Assembly: GCF_033447105.1 (NCBI RefSeq)
Contig: NZ_JAWQUN010000002.1
Coordinates: forward strand, 416,856-480,855
Reading direction: 5' to 3'
Length of the DNA: 64,000 nt
Source of the DNA: Formosa sp. PL04
GTDB lineage: Bacteria; Bacteroidota; Bacteroidia; Flavobacteriales; Flavobacteriaceae
The notes beneath the pieces were generated by a model. The model was not told the origin of the DNA, ran no database searches, and saw only the letters and a list, made by a program, of their open reading frames with translations. Within the stretch, counting starts at the first letter, position 1. Every line of letters begins with the position of its first letter. The translations under genes and the position numbers were made by a program. This document shows, piece by piece, positions 1 through 10,421 of this stretch.

Positions 1-1380
1 TATAATAATTACAGTTATAATAGCGAACTTGAAGAAGATCAAATTGCAAATCCAGACCAAGTAATAGATTATGAATTCGTAGATAAATCTAAAAGTGTTT
101 TATTATCGTATTTCGGAAGAGTAAATTACGATTACGACGGACGTTATTTAGTAACCGCTACACTTAGAGCAGATGCTTCTTCAAAATTAAATCCTGCAGA
201 TCGCTGGGGATATTTTCCTTCTTTGGCTTTAGCATGGAACATACATAAAGAAGGTTTCTTACAAGATACTGCTATTAATGAATTAAAATTAAGAGTAGGT
301 TATGGTGAAGTTGGTAACGTAAATGGATTAGGCGACTACTTGTTCTTAACACGTTATACTGGAAGTCAATCTGGTGCAAACTATCAATTTGGAAATAACT
401 TTTACACAACGTATAGACCAGACCCTGTAAATCCAGATTTACGTTGGGAAATTGGGAATACCTTAAACGTTGGTGCAGATTTTAGTTTCTTGGACCGAAG
501 AATTTCAGGTTCTGTTAATGCATACATTAAACAAACCAAAGACCTTATCGCTTCTGCTTCTGTAGATCCGTTTACAAACTTTGGTAGCAGAATAGAAAAA
601 AACATTGGAGACATGGAAAACAAAGGGATAGAATTTTCTTTAAATCTAATTCCTGTAAGAACCAACGACTTCGAATGGTCTATAGACTTCAATATTGCTG
701 TTAACGATAATAAAATCACAAACCTTCCATTCGACCAAGAAACTGGAGGAATTTCTGGAGGAACAGGAAATCAAATCCAAATTCATACAGAAGGTGAAGC
801 ACCATATAGCTTTTATGTATATCAACAAGTTTATGATGCAGCAGGAAAACCTATTGAAGGTGCTTTTGTAGACAGAAATGGAGATAATGTTATAAACGAC
901 GATGATAAATACATTAACGGAGACCCTTATGCAGATGTATTATTGGGTTTAAGTACAAATTTAACGTATAAAAAATGGGACTTTTCTGCAGTTTCTAGAG
1001 GAAGTGTTGGTAATAGTGCTTATAACAACGTAGCTTCTGCAAACGCTTATTTAAATGGTGTTATTCCAACAACAAACAACTTTCTAAGCAACTTACAATC
1101 AAGCTACTTAGATAATGGATTTGTAGACCCTACAGAAGAAAACTTTAGAAGCGACATCTTTGTAACAGATGCATCTTTCTTCAAAATTGATAACATTACG
1201 TTAGGTTACACTCTAGATGATACTTTTAAAGATTCTACCATAAGAGTATATGGTTCTGTACAAAATGTATTAACCATTACAGATTACGATGGATTAGACC
1301 CTGAAATTAATGGTGGTATAGATAATAATTTCTACCCAAGACCAAGAACATTTGTATTAGGACTTAACGTTAGCTTTTAA
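1..1380 (+). CDS. SusC/RagA-family TonB-dependent outer-membrane receptor, C-terminal beta-barrel portion. The 5' end lies upstream of the window.
   Basis: Frame 1 is open from nt 1 and joins the listed ORF 223-1380. The translation shows typical SusC C-terminal barrel motifs (LRADASSKLNP..RWGYFPSLALAWN, NITLGYTL, final strand ...LGLNVSF). A SusD gene follows after a 10-nt gap. Confidence 0.85.
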   Translation, partial: YNNYSYNSELEEDQIANPDQVIDYEFVDKSKSVLLSYFGRVNYDYDGRYLVTATLRADASSKLNPADRWGYFPSLALAWNIHKEGFLQDTAINELKLRVGYGEVGNVNGLGDYLFLTRYTGSQSGANYQFGNNFYTTYRPDPVNPDLRWEIGNTLNVGADFSFLDRRISGSVNAYIKQTKDLIASASVDPFTNFGSRIEKNIGDMENKGIEFSLNLIPVRTNDFEWSIDFNIAVNDNKITNLPFDQETGGISGGTGNQIQIHTEGEAPYSFYVYQQVYDAAGKPIEGAFVDRNGDNVINDDDKYINGDPYADVLLGLSTNLTYKKWDFSAVSRGSVGNSAYNNVASANAYLNGVIPTTNNFLSNLQSSYLDNGFVDPTEENFRSDIFVTDASFFKIDNITLGYTLDDTFKDSTIRVYGSVQNVLTITDYDGLDPEINGGIDNNFYPRPRTFVLGLNVSF

Positions 1381-1390
1381 AAATTGACAT

Positions 1391-2968
1391 ATGAAAAACA
1401 TAATAAAAATATTCATTCCTATTTTAACTATCTCTTTAGTCATGGTTTCATGCCAAGACGAATTAAATCAAGATCCAATCGATCCAGATAGTTTTACAGA
1501 ACAAGATGTATTTGCTAATGCAACCGAAGCAAAAGGTGCTCTAGCAAAACTATACGCAAGTTTGGCTTTAACAGGTCAAAATGGAGGCGACAATGGTGCA
1601 GCAGATATTCCCGATATTAACCAAGGGTTTTCGCAATATACGCGTATGCTATTTAATTTAAACGAAGTCACTACAGACCATGCTGTTGTAGGATGGGGAG
1701 ATCCAGGATTACCAGATTTACACGGTTTATCGTGGACTTCTAGTAACGATTTCTCTGGCGCAATGTATTTAAGGTTAGCACAAGAAGTAACTTTTTGTAA
1801 TTCGTTTATAACAAATGCTTCTGGTTTAGATGCAACCGAAAGTCAGTCGTTTGTTGCTGAAGCCCGTTTTTTAAGAGCTTTTGCATATTACAACTTAATG
1901 GATTTATTCGGAAATGTTCCTTTACTAACTCAAATTAGCACAGAATTACCATCACAAAGTACTAGAGCAGAATTATTTGCTTTTGTTGAAAGTGAGTTAT
2001 TAGAAATTCAAGATGATTTACCTGCAAGTAGAGGCAACGAATACGGACGTGTAGACCAAGTAGCTGCATGGGCATTATTATCTAAATTATATTTAAATGC
2101 TGAAGTTTGGACTGCAGAATCAAGATATAACGATTGTATTATATACTCAGACCAAGTTATAAACTCATCTTACAGTTTAAATACTAACGATGCGAATGGA
2201 AACGGTACGGCTTACGATGAATTATTCTTAGCAGACAACAATACAAATGGAGCTCAAAACGAGTTTATTTTTACTGTTAATTTTGACGGATTATCATCCA
2301 CAACTTACGGAGGTTCTTCTTTCTTAATCCATGCTGCAGTTGGTGGCTCAATGATTCCTTCAGACTACGGTATTAACGGTGGCTGGGGAGGTAACCGTGT
2401 AACTTCTGCATTGGTTAATAAATTCGAATCAAGCGATCAACGTGCTATGTGGTATACAGATGGGCAATCTTTAGAAATAGAAAACATACCTACATTTACC
2501 GAAGGATATGCTTGCGAGAAATTCAAAAACATAAATTCTGAAGGTCTAATAGGTCACGATAAAAGTGGAGAATTTACAGATCCTGACTTAGCACTTATAC
2601 GTCTTCCTGAAATTTACTTAAACTACGCTGAAGCAACCTTAAGAGGTGGAAACGGTAACATGGCTACTGCAGTCTCATTAATTAACCAATTAAGAGAACG
2701 TGCTTACGGTAATGTGTCTGGAAATATTTCTGCAGTCGATTTAGATTTAAACTATATTTTAGATGAACGTTCTAGAGAGTTATACTGGGAAGGTCAGAGA
2801 CGTACAGATTTAATACGTTACGATTTCTTCACTTCAGAAATCTACTTATGGCCATTTAAAGGAAACCAACCAAACGGAACTGGAGCAGATAGTTATAGAA
2901 ATATATTTCCTATTCCTAGTAACACGATTTTAGTTAATCCAAACTTGGTACAAAACCCAGGATACTAA
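1391..2968 (+). CDS. SusD/RagB-family nutrient-binding outer-membrane lipoprotein
   Basis: Lipoprotein signal peptide (ILTISLVMVSC). Length 525 aa. Protein ends in NPGY, as does the second SusD at 44844. Sits directly downstream of SusC. Confidence 0.85.
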   Translation: MKNIIKIFIPILTISLVMVSCQDELNQDPIDPDSFTEQDVFANATEAKGALAKLYASLALTGQNGGDNGAADIPDINQGFSQYTRMLFNLNEVTTDHAVVGWGDPGLPDLHGLSWTSSNDFSGAMYLRLAQEVTFCNSFITNASGLDATESQSFVAEARFLRAFAYYNLMDLFGNVPLLTQISTELPSQSTRAELFAFVESELLEIQDDLPASRGNEYGRVDQVAAWALLSKLYLNAEVWTAESRYNDCIIYSDQVINSSYSLNTNDANGNGTAYDELFLADNNTNGAQNEFIFTVNFDGLSSTTYGGSSFLIHAAVGGSMIPSDYGINGGWGGNRVTSALVNKFESSDQRAMWYTDGQSLEIENIPTFTEGYACEKFKNINSEGLIGHDKSGEFTDPDLALIRLPEIYLNYAEATLRGGNGNMATAVSLINQLRERAYGNVSGNISAVDLDLNYILDERSRELYWEGQRRTDLIRYDFFTSEIYLWPFKGNQPNGTGADSYRNIFPIPSNTILVNPNLVQNPGY

Positions 2969-2985
2969 TATAAAAACATTATAAT

Positions 2986-4299
2986 ATGAAAAATATAGTT
3001 TCAAAATTATTTAGTATAATGTTAGTAGCCATAACATTATATAGTTGCAGCACAGACGACGAGATTACCGTGTTAAATGCTACAGCAACAACAGACCTAA
3101 TAACATCTGCAGACGACATTGTTCTGCTTAAAGAAAATGAAGAAGCTATTGCTTTAACATTAACTTGGACACAGCCAGATTACGGCTATAGTGCCATAGC
3201 AGATTACAATGTTTATTTTGATGTTGCTGGAAATAACTTCCAAAATGCAATTATAAAAGACGCTGGAAGCAAATTAGAGTACTCTCTTACAACTAAAGAC
3301 TTAAATACCATTCTGCAAACGTTAGAAATTGTACCAAATACAGAAACCGTTTTAGAAGTAAAAATAGAAAGTGTTGTTGGAACAAGTACCATTGCTGCAG
3401 TTTCGAATATTAGTAATTTAACGGTTACTGGTTATGCCAATGTTTTAGATTTAGTATCTGTTTGGGGACTTGTAGGAAGTGCAACTGTTAACGGTTGGGA
3501 TGGTCCTGATATGCCATTTTACAAAACAAACGTTGCTAATATTTTTAACGCTTATGTTACTTTAACTGATGGCGAATTAAAAATTAGAGCAAATAATAGC
3601 TGGGATTTAAATTATGGTGATACTGGTGACGACGGCACTTTAGAAGAAGGTGGCGATAATATTCTTGTTAAGGCTGGAACTTACAAAGTAACCTTTAATG
3701 AAGCGACATTAACTTACAAAATAGAGCCTTACACTTGGGGACTTGTTGGTAGCGCTACTCCTAATGGTTGGGATGGTCCTGATACGCCGTTAACTTACGA
3801 TCCAACTTCAGACCAATGGCGTGCTATTGTACCGCTAACAACTGGAGATATGAAGTTCAGAAAAAATAATGACTGGGCATTCAATTACGGAGACGATGGA
3901 AATGACGGGGCATTAGAAGATAATGGAGCAAACATTCCTGTTACTGCCGGAAATTACCTTGTCACTTTAAACCTAAACGATTTAACCTACACTCTAGAAC
4001 CTATAGAAAAATTATGGGGTATTGTAGGTAGTGCAACTCCTAATGGCTGGGATGGTCCTGATACGGTTATGAATATAGATTACACTATAGAAGGTGTATG
4101 GTATCTATACCAAATTACACTTACAGATGGGGAAATGAAATTTAGAGCCAACAACGATTGGAACATAAATTATGGAGATGATGACAATGATGGTTCCTTA
4201 GAAGATGGAGGGGGAAATATTACTGTTGAAGCAGGAGTTTACGATATTGTATTAGACTTATCAGACACCTCTAACCCAACGTATACTTTAACTAAATAA
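2986..4299 (+). CDS. SusE/SusF-like surface glycan-binding lipoprotein with three tandem ~100-aa repeats
   Basis: Lipoprotein signal (ITLYSCSTDD). Three internal repeats each carrying WGLVGSATxNGWDGPD ... NNxWxxNYGDxxxDGxLExGGxNI. Position is SusC-SusD-X. Confidence 0.7.
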   Translation: MKNIVSKLFSIMLVAITLYSCSTDDEITVLNATATTDLITSADDIVLLKENEEAIALTLTWTQPDYGYSAIADYNVYFDVAGNNFQNAIIKDAGSKLEYSLTTKDLNTILQTLEIVPNTETVLEVKIESVVGTSTIAAVSNISNLTVTGYANVLDLVSVWGLVGSATVNGWDGPDMPFYKTNVANIFNAYVTLTDGELKIRANNSWDLNYGDTGDDGTLEEGGDNILVKAGTYKVTFNEATLTYKIEPYTWGLVGSATPNGWDGPDTPLTYDPTSDQWRAIVPLTTGDMKFRKNNDWAFNYGDDGNDGALEDNGANIPVTAGNYLVTLNLNDLTYTLEPIEKLWGIVGSATPNGWDGPDTVMNIDYTIEGVWYLYQITLTDGEMKFRANNDWNINYGDDDNDGSLEDGGGNITVEAGVYDIVLDLSDTSNPTYTLTK

Positions 4300-4307
4300 C
4301 AATACAT

Positions 4308-4350
4308 ACGGGCTGTGATGTACTACATTACAGCCCGTATTGTTTTTAAT
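4308..4350 (+). terminator. Stem-loop (9-bp stem acgggctgt/acagcccgt) plus T-run downstream of the SusE-like gene
   Basis: Perfect inverted repeat 4308-4316 / 4330-4338, followed by attgtttttaattt. Confidence 0.5.
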
Positions 4351-4359
4351 TTATATCTT

Positions 4360-7218
4360 ATGAAAAAAACGATACTCGCTTTATTACTTTTAGTTCTTGC
4401 AAGCTTTAGTTATGCTCAAGTAACCACAAGTCCTACTACGTTTAATACGACAGAAACCATAACCATTACCGTAGATATTAAAAGTACAGATACAGATTGT
4501 AATACTCTAAATAATCCAACCAAAGTCTATATGCATTCTGGTATTGGTAACGATGCCGATCCTTGGGGCTATAACGTAGTTGGAAACTGGGGACAAGATG
4601 ATGGTTTTGGAGAAATGACTAATAATGGAGATGGCACCTGGAGTATTACTATGGTACCTAAAACCTATTATGGTTTAACCGATACTCAAGCAAATTCTGC
4701 TACCAAAATGGGAATGGTATTTAGAAACCCAGCAGGAAATCAAGAATTAAAAGCATCAGGATGTAATGACTTTTATATAAATGTTGGTACGTTTCAAGTG
4801 ACTCTTAATTCTCCTTCAGAAAACAGCACAACTATAGTTGCTTCTGGTAGTAGTATAAATATATCAGCATCTAACACAAACGGCAATGCGAATTACACAC
4901 TTAGTGCAAACGGATCTGCTTTAAACTCTAAAACAGGAGCTTCAACTTACTCGTTTACACATAGCAATATCACTACAAACCAAAACTATATTTTAACTGT
5001 AAATCAAGGATCTGAAACGCTTAGTAAATCTTTCTCCGTTTTAATTAATCCAGGAACTATGTCTCAAACCATGCCAAGCGGATTAGAAAACGGAATTAAT
5101 TACAATTCTAGCGATGCTTCAAAAGCCACGTTAGTTTTAGACGCGCCTTTAAAAGATTTTGTATACGTTGCTGGAAGTTTCAATAATTGGGAACCTTCTT
5201 CTGCTTATGCAATGAAAAAAGATACAAGTTCAGGAAAATTCTGGTTAGAATTAACGGGATTAACATCTCAAAAAACAGAGACGTATCAATATTGGGTCGT
5301 AGATGAAACGCCAATCGCCAATTCACCTGTCATGGTAAAAACTGCCGATCCGTTTTCTACTTTAGTATTATCACCATTCGACGATTCAGGAATATCTTCG
5401 GAAACTTATCCTAATTTACCAGCATATCCTACAGGTCAAGAACGTGAAGTTACCGTACTTGAAACAGGTAAAAGTGATTACAATTGGAACGTGACAAACT
5501 TTGAAAAACCTAAAAAAGAAGACTTAGTAATTTATGAAGTTTTAATCCGTGATTTCGATGAAGATAGAAATATTCAAGACTTAATTGATCGTATCGATTA
5601 CTTCAAAAACTTAAATATTAATGCCATTGAATTGATGCCAATCATGGAATTTGAAGGCAATGAAAGTTGGGGTTACAATACCGCTTTTCATATGGCTTTA
5701 GATAAATTTTATGGCACTGAAGATAAGATGAAAGAATTTATTGATTTGTGTCATGAAAATGGAATTGCAGTGATCTTAGATATTGCTTTAAATCACGCTT
5801 ACGGAAGAAATCCTATGGTACGTATGTGGATGAAAGATGCCGATGGCGATGGTTGGGGAGACCCAAGTTCTGAAAGTCCATATTTTAATGAAGAAGCAAA
5901 ACACAGCTACAATGTAGGTATGGATTTTAACCATCAGCAAGAACGCACTCAATATTATGTAGAACGCGTGGTGAATCATTGGGTAACCGAATTTAATATA
6001 GATGGATTCCGTTGGGACTTAACTAAAGGTTTTACTCAAAACTGCTCCCCTAGCGACGATACTTGCACAAATAATTACCAACAAGATCGTGTAGATGTTC
6101 TAAAAAAATATGCTGATTACTCTTGGAGTTTAGATGCTTCACATTACGTTATTTTCGAACATTTAGGTCAGGATAACGAAGAGCAACAATGGGCCAATTA
6201 TAAAATTGACGAAGGCAAAGGCATCATGATGTGGGGAAAAATGACAGATCCTTACAACCAATTAACAATGGGATATGATTCTGACACTAACATTGACAGA
6301 ATGGGATATAAATCTCATGGTTTTACAGGAAAGCGTTTGGTAGGTTATGCAGAAAGTCATGACGAAGAACGTTTAATGTATAAAAACGTTCAATATGGTG
6401 CGTCTTCTGGATCTTACAATGTAAAAGATCTAAATACATCCTTAAAAAGAATGGAAGCTTTAGGAGCAATTACCCTAACAATTCCTGGTCCGAAAATGGT
6501 TTGGCACTTTGGCGATTTAGGAATGGATAATTCTATTTTTACATGTACAGATGGCTCTGTTTCTGCAGACGATTCTTGTAAACTAAGCACAAAACCTCAG
6601 CCACAATGGGAAAATAATTGGTTAGGAAATGAAAACAGAAAAGCCGTATACGATACGTGGTCTAGATTAAATCTTTTAAAAGTTAATGAGGATGTTTTTG
6701 AAGGCGATTATACGATTACTTCAGGGAATTTAACACCTAGAATTCATGTTTGGAACTCGACTTTAGCTTCAACAGAATTAAGCGAAGTGGTTATTATTTC
6801 AAATTTTGAAACCACTACTCAAACCGTGGATCCTAATTTCCCGAGCAACGGAACTTGGTACGACTTAATGGACGAATCAGGAAACACTTCTATTTCGGCA
6901 ACAAACGCGATTACATTACAACCTGGAACATTTAAAATCTACGGAAATAATGTACCACAAAGTTTAAGTGTTAACGATGCTGCTTTAGCTAAGCCTTTTG
7001 CTATTTTCCCAAATCCTACACAAAACAGCTTTAAAATTAATGCTGCAGTTACAAGCGTTAGCATTTTCGATATTACAGGAAAAGAAGTAAAACAATATAA
7101 AGGAAACTTTAATTCAGACTCCTCTTTTAATGTTTCGAATCTTAAATCTGGATTATATATTATTAGAATAATCAATTCAGAAGGACAACAAAACACTTCG
7201 AAACTTATGAAAATTTAA
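4360..7218 (+). CDS. Secreted GH13 alpha-amylase with a CBM48-like module and a T9SS C-terminal sorting domain
   Basis: Signal peptide MKKTILALLLLVLASFSYAQ at the internal ATG 4360. The listed ORF start at 4315 overlaps the upstream hairpin. CBM48-like motif VYVAGSFNNWEP. GH13 regions DIALNHA and GFRWDLTKG. The last ~80 aa (FPNPTQNSFKI..GLYIIRIINSEGQQNTSKLMKI) look like a Por/T9SS C-terminal domain. Confidence 0.85.
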   Translation: MKKTILALLLLVLASFSYAQVTTSPTTFNTTETITITVDIKSTDTDCNTLNNPTKVYMHSGIGNDADPWGYNVVGNWGQDDGFGEMTNNGDGTWSITMVPKTYYGLTDTQANSATKMGMVFRNPAGNQELKASGCNDFYINVGTFQVTLNSPSENSTTIVASGSSINISASNTNGNANYTLSANGSALNSKTGASTYSFTHSNITTNQNYILTVNQGSETLSKSFSVLINPGTMSQTMPSGLENGINYNSSDASKATLVLDAPLKDFVYVAGSFNNWEPSSAYAMKKDTSSGKFWLELTGLTSQKTETYQYWVVDETPIANSPVMVKTADPFSTLVLSPFDDSGISSETYPNLPAYPTGQEREVTVLETGKSDYNWNVTNFEKPKKEDLVIYEVLIRDFDEDRNIQDLIDRIDYFKNLNINAIELMPIMEFEGNESWGYNTAFHMALDKFYGTEDKMKEFIDLCHENGIAVILDIALNHAYGRNPMVRMWMKDADGDGWGDPSSESPYFNEEAKHSYNVGMDFNHQQERTQYYVERVVNHWVTEFNIDGFRWDLTKGFTQNCSPSDDTCTNNYQQDRVDVLKKYADYSWSLDASHYVIFEHLGQDNEEQQWANYKIDEGKGIMMWGKMTDPYNQLTMGYDSDTNIDRMGYKSHGFTGKRLVGYAESHDEERLMYKNVQYGASSGSYNVKDLNTSLKRMEALGAITLTIPGPKMVWHFGDLGMDNSIFTCTDGSVSADDSCKLSTKPQPQWENNWLGNENRKAVYDTWSRLNLLKVNEDVFEGDYTITSGNLTPRIHVWNSTLASTELSEVVIISNFETTTQTVDPNFPSNGTWYDLMDESGNTSISATNAITLQPGTFKIYGNNVPQSLSVNDAALAKPFAIFPNPTQNSFKINAAVTSVSIFDITGKEVKQYKGNFNSDSSFNVSNLKSGLYIIRIINSEGQQNTSKLMKI

Positions 7219-7243
7219 ACCCTAACATTTCACTTTTAATCAG

Positions 7244-7278
7244 CGCCTTACAAAAGTTATTTGTAAGGCGCTTTTTTG
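7244..7278 (+). terminator. Rho-independent terminator (11-bp stem gcgccttacaa/ttgtaaggcgc + TTTTTT)
   Basis: Seen directly in the sequence 26 nt after the amylase stop codon. Confidence 0.7.
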
Positions 7279-7373
7279 TATTTAATACGTAAGTGAATTC
7301 AATTAATATAAGCTATCATTTAGAGACTATAAAACAGATTATTCCGTATTTTTGAACAACAATTTCTTAGTGT

Positions 7374-8384
7374 ATGAAACTTATTTTAAAAGACTATATT
7401 CTTGAATTAAAACACACGTTTACAATTTCTAGAGAATCTATAGATGTACAACCTAGTTTAATAGTTATTTTAGAAGACAACGGTTTTTCGGGTTATGGTG
7501 AAGCAACTTCTAACCCATATTACAATATTACCGTTCCAATAATGACAAGCGAATTACTGAAGCTTAAACCTATTATTGAAGCGACAACCAATGAAACACC
7601 TGAAGCGTTCTATGCCAAGATGTATCCGCTTTTAAAACACAATATGTTTGCACTTTGCGCATTAGACCTTGCTTTTAACGACTTATACGCAAGAAAACAG
7701 CATAAAAAACTATACGAACTTTGGGGATACGACATCTCAAATAACCCGATAACAGATTACACGATTGGAATAGATACCGTTGAAAAAATGGTAGTCAAAA
7801 TGAAAGAACTCCCATGGCCTATTTATAAAATTAAATTAGGCACGAACGAAGATATTAAAATAGTTACCGAATTACGAAAACACACAAATGCCATTTTCAG
7901 GATTGATGCTAATTGCGGTTGGAACGTAGATGAAACTCTAAAAAATGCCATTGCTTTGAAAACTCTAGGTGTCGAATTTCTAGAACAACCTTTAAAAGCC
8001 GATAATTGGGACGGACATAAAAAACTGTTTCAAGACTCTGCGTTACCAATAATAGCAGACGAAAGTTGCCAAGTCAGTGAAGATATCGCGAAGTGCCATA
8101 ACCATTTTCATGGTGTAAATGTTAAACTTGTAAAATGTGGCGGCTTAACACCTGCACGCAATATGCTTATAGAAGCAAGACAATTAGGCATGAAAACGAT
8201 GGTAGGTTGTATGACGGAATCTTCTGTTGGTATTTCGGCAGTTGCTCACCTTTTACCTCTACTAGATTATGTAGATATGGATGGTGCGATGCTATTAGCG
8301 AAAGATATTGCTACAGGAATAACCATTAAAGATGGTGTGACACATTATAGCGATTTAAATGGCACTGGAGTAGCTTTACTTTAA
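7374..8384 (+). CDS. Enolase-superfamily dipeptide (L-Ala-D/L-Glu-type) epimerase / MR-MLE family protein
   Basis: Motifs KIKLG, RIDANCGW, FLEQP, IIADES and KLVKCGG match the metal-binding and catalytic Lys/Asp positions of the muconate-lactonizing-enzyme subgroup. Confidence 0.7.
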   Translation: MKLILKDYILELKHTFTISRESIDVQPSLIVILEDNGFSGYGEATSNPYYNITVPIMTSELLKLKPIIEATTNETPEAFYAKMYPLLKHNMFALCALDLAFNDLYARKQHKKLYELWGYDISNNPITDYTIGIDTVEKMVVKMKELPWPIYKIKLGTNEDIKIVTELRKHTNAIFRIDANCGWNVDETLKNAIALKTLGVEFLEQPLKADNWDGHKKLFQDSALPIIADESCQVSEDIAKCHNHFHGVNVKLVKCGGLTPARNMLIEARQLGMKTMVGCMTESSVGISAVAHLLPLLDYVDMDGAMLLAKDIATGITIKDGVTHYSDLNGTGVALL

Positions 8385-9415
8385 TGGAAGTTATTAAGGC
8401 ACCTAATGCAAAACTATTTTTAAAAACTAAAAGTATGTCCTATTTTGGAAGTACTTCTTATTTAGGATTAGCAACACTACCTGCTTTTCAAGATGCAGTT
8501 ATAAATGGTATAAAAAAATGGGGAACGGCTTACGGAAGTTCTCGTCATGCAAACGTAAAATTATCCATTTTTAATGATGCCGAGATGCTTTTATCGTCAC
8601 AATTAAAAACGGAAGCCTGTGTTACAGTCTCTTCAGGAATGTTAGCAGGAAAGCTGACAATAGATTTTTTAGCACAGTCGAATTCTAAATTTTATCATTA
8701 TCCAAATACACATCCTGCCATTTTAGCACCGAACAGCTTACCCCTATTTATAAACACTAAATTACATCCAACATTACTAACAGATACTATTGAAAATATT
8801 GTTATTTCTGTAGATGCCATTCCAACAGCAAGTGTAACTGTGGTAAATTTCAGTTTTCTTAAAAGCATACCAAAACAAAAAAATATCACACTCCTTGTAG
8901 ACGAATCGCACAGTATTGGTATTACTGGAGAATCTGGAATGGGTATTTTTAGCAGCATTCCAAAATCACTTATTGCTAAAAAAATAATGGTTGCTTCATT
9001 GGGGAAAGCAATGGGTTTACCAGGTGGTATTATCGCAGGAAATGCATCCTTTATTAACGCAATAAAAGAAACGACTATCTTTACAACAGCCTCTGGAATG
9101 AGTCCAGCTTATCTGGAAGCGTATTTACAATCTCAAGCTATTTACAAAGAACAAAAGGACAAACTTAAAAATAATCTGCTCTATTTTTTTGAGGATTTAA
9201 ACCTTGATGAGACTTTCCTTTTCAATCCTAATTATCCTAATATCTATAATTTAAAACCTGGTTTTTACAACTATTTATTGAATAAAAATATAGCAATTAC
9301 ACATTTTAAGTATCCGACACCTAATGATGTTTTAAGCAGAATTATGCTTTCTGCAAATCATTCAAAGATAGATTTAGACCTATTAAAAAAGCTATTAATC
9401 AACCCTTTAACATAA
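8384..9415 (+). CDS. PLP-dependent alpha-oxoamine-synthase (AONS/KBL) family enzyme, shorter than usual (343 aa)
   Basis: SYLGLA...GSSR...IFNDAE..TVSSGMLA resembles the AONS N-terminal region. SLGKA is the candidate PLP-lysine motif. The start overlaps the upstream stop (TAATG), indicating translational coupling. Confidence 0.55.
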   Translation: MEVIKAPNAKLFLKTKSMSYFGSTSYLGLATLPAFQDAVINGIKKWGTAYGSSRHANVKLSIFNDAEMLLSSQLKTEACVTVSSGMLAGKLTIDFLAQSNSKFYHYPNTHPAILAPNSLPLFINTKLHPTLLTDTIENIVISVDAIPTASVTVVNFSFLKSIPKQKNITLLVDESHSIGITGESGMGIFSSIPKSLIAKKIMVASLGKAMGLPGGIIAGNASFINAIKETTIFTTASGMSPAYLEAYLQSQAIYKEQKDKLKNNLLYFFEDLNLDETFLFNPNYPNIYNLKPGFYNYLLNKNIAITHFKYPTPNDVLSRIMLSANHSKIDLDLLKKLLINPLT

Positions 9416-9916
9416 ATAAAAAGTTGAGAACCCACTTACTTTTAGTTTACAATGTGTAATCTAAAATAATGTCTGTGACTATTTTTTATAATTCAGCATC
9501 AATAGCTTCCTAACGATTGGTCTCTTTTTCAAAAAAGATATACCGATGTTAACTTTATAGAATTACTTGTACTTAAGGAGGTACTTTTTCTATATAAGTT
9601 GAATTTTGTTTTTTTGAATGGCCTATAGAAAATTTATCGTAAAATTTGAAGAGAAAGTATCGTAAAATTTAAAGCTGTTTGAGCTAAACGAATGTAACTA
9701 CTTATCTGAATTTCAGTTGCGAATTCTTTAAATTTAGATTGTGAACGAAAAATTTAGATAAAAGTTCGTAAGCCTAGATTTTTTTGGCTTGGTTTATTCA
9801 GAGCGAAGTCGAAGAATCTTTTTATCAATGAAAAAAATGAGCATTTAATAATATTTAAGACACGATTGATTCAGCATCTGTAAAATTTGTAAATTGCACA
9901 AAAAATAACAACTTTT

Positions 9917-10318
9917 ATGAAACAAATACTTATTTTACTTGTAGCCGTGATCTGTTTTTCATGTAATTCAGATGATGATGGAAATGTTAATTATTCATTT
10001 AACCCACCGTCATGGATTCAAGGATCTTGGTATACTGCCGAATTGAGTATAGAAGGTGTAAAATTCACTTCAGATGATTTTTGTACGATTACCAATGCAA
10101 ATCAAACATGTTATAAAGCGTTAATTGCACAAGCTGATGACACTATAACTGTAGACAACCAACAAAGTACAGATAACGATTATACCTTTGTAGTAGTATA
10201 CTTAGGGGAACCTGGTGTAGAAAAAGATAAATACTTCTATTTTAGAAAACTATCGGAAACACAGATAGCTTCTGTTGGAGAAGATGGGGAAACACTAGAC
10301 ATCTATACTAAACATTAA
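9917..10318 (+). CDS. Hypothetical lipoprotein (paralog A)
   Basis: Signal peptide with lipobox (VICFSCNSDDD). Shares FNPPxWIQGxW...KFTxDxFCTI with the next gene. Confidence 0.6.
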   Translation: MKQILILLVAVICFSCNSDDDGNVNYSFNPPSWIQGSWYTAELSIEGVKFTSDDFCTITNANQTCYKALIAQADDTITVDNQQSTDNDYTFVVVYLGEPGVEKDKYFYFRKLSETQIASVGEDGETLDIYTKH

Positions 10319-10341
10319 ACAAACTCGATATTATAAATAAT

Positions 10342-10378
10342 AAAAGCTTCAGACAATCTCTGAAGCTTTTATTGTTTT
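10342..10378 (+). terminator. Rho-independent terminator (aaaagcttcaga...tctgaagctttt)
   Basis: 12-bp inverted repeat followed by a T-rich tail. Confidence 0.65.
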
Positions 10379-10421
10379 AGATTAAAAACTATAAAGTTGT
10401 AAATTGCAAAAAAACACTGCC

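Noticed and set aside
402-828. Minus-strand ORFs 402-719 and 646-828 inside the SusC gene
   Set aside because: They are antisense to a well-supported long CDS, with no motifs and low-complexity translation. Judged spurious.
4315-4359. Upstream extension of the amylase ORF (MMYYITARIVFNLYL)
   Set aside because: It overlaps the terminator hairpin 4308-4338 and lacks signal-peptide character. The ATG at 4360 gives a canonical signal peptide.
8135-8329. Overlapping plus-strand ORF (64 aa, Cys/Tyr-rich) inside the epimerase gene
   Set aside because: Alternate frame of a well-supported CDS, so spurious.
9416-9916. 500-bp non-coding stretch upstream of the lipoprotein paralogs
   Set aside because: No convincing ORF, repeat or structured-RNA signature beyond AT-rich promoter-like sequence.
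10404-10421. TTG start of the second lipoprotein ORF
   Set aside because: The in-frame ATG at 10422 yields a proper signal peptide (MKKFILL...).
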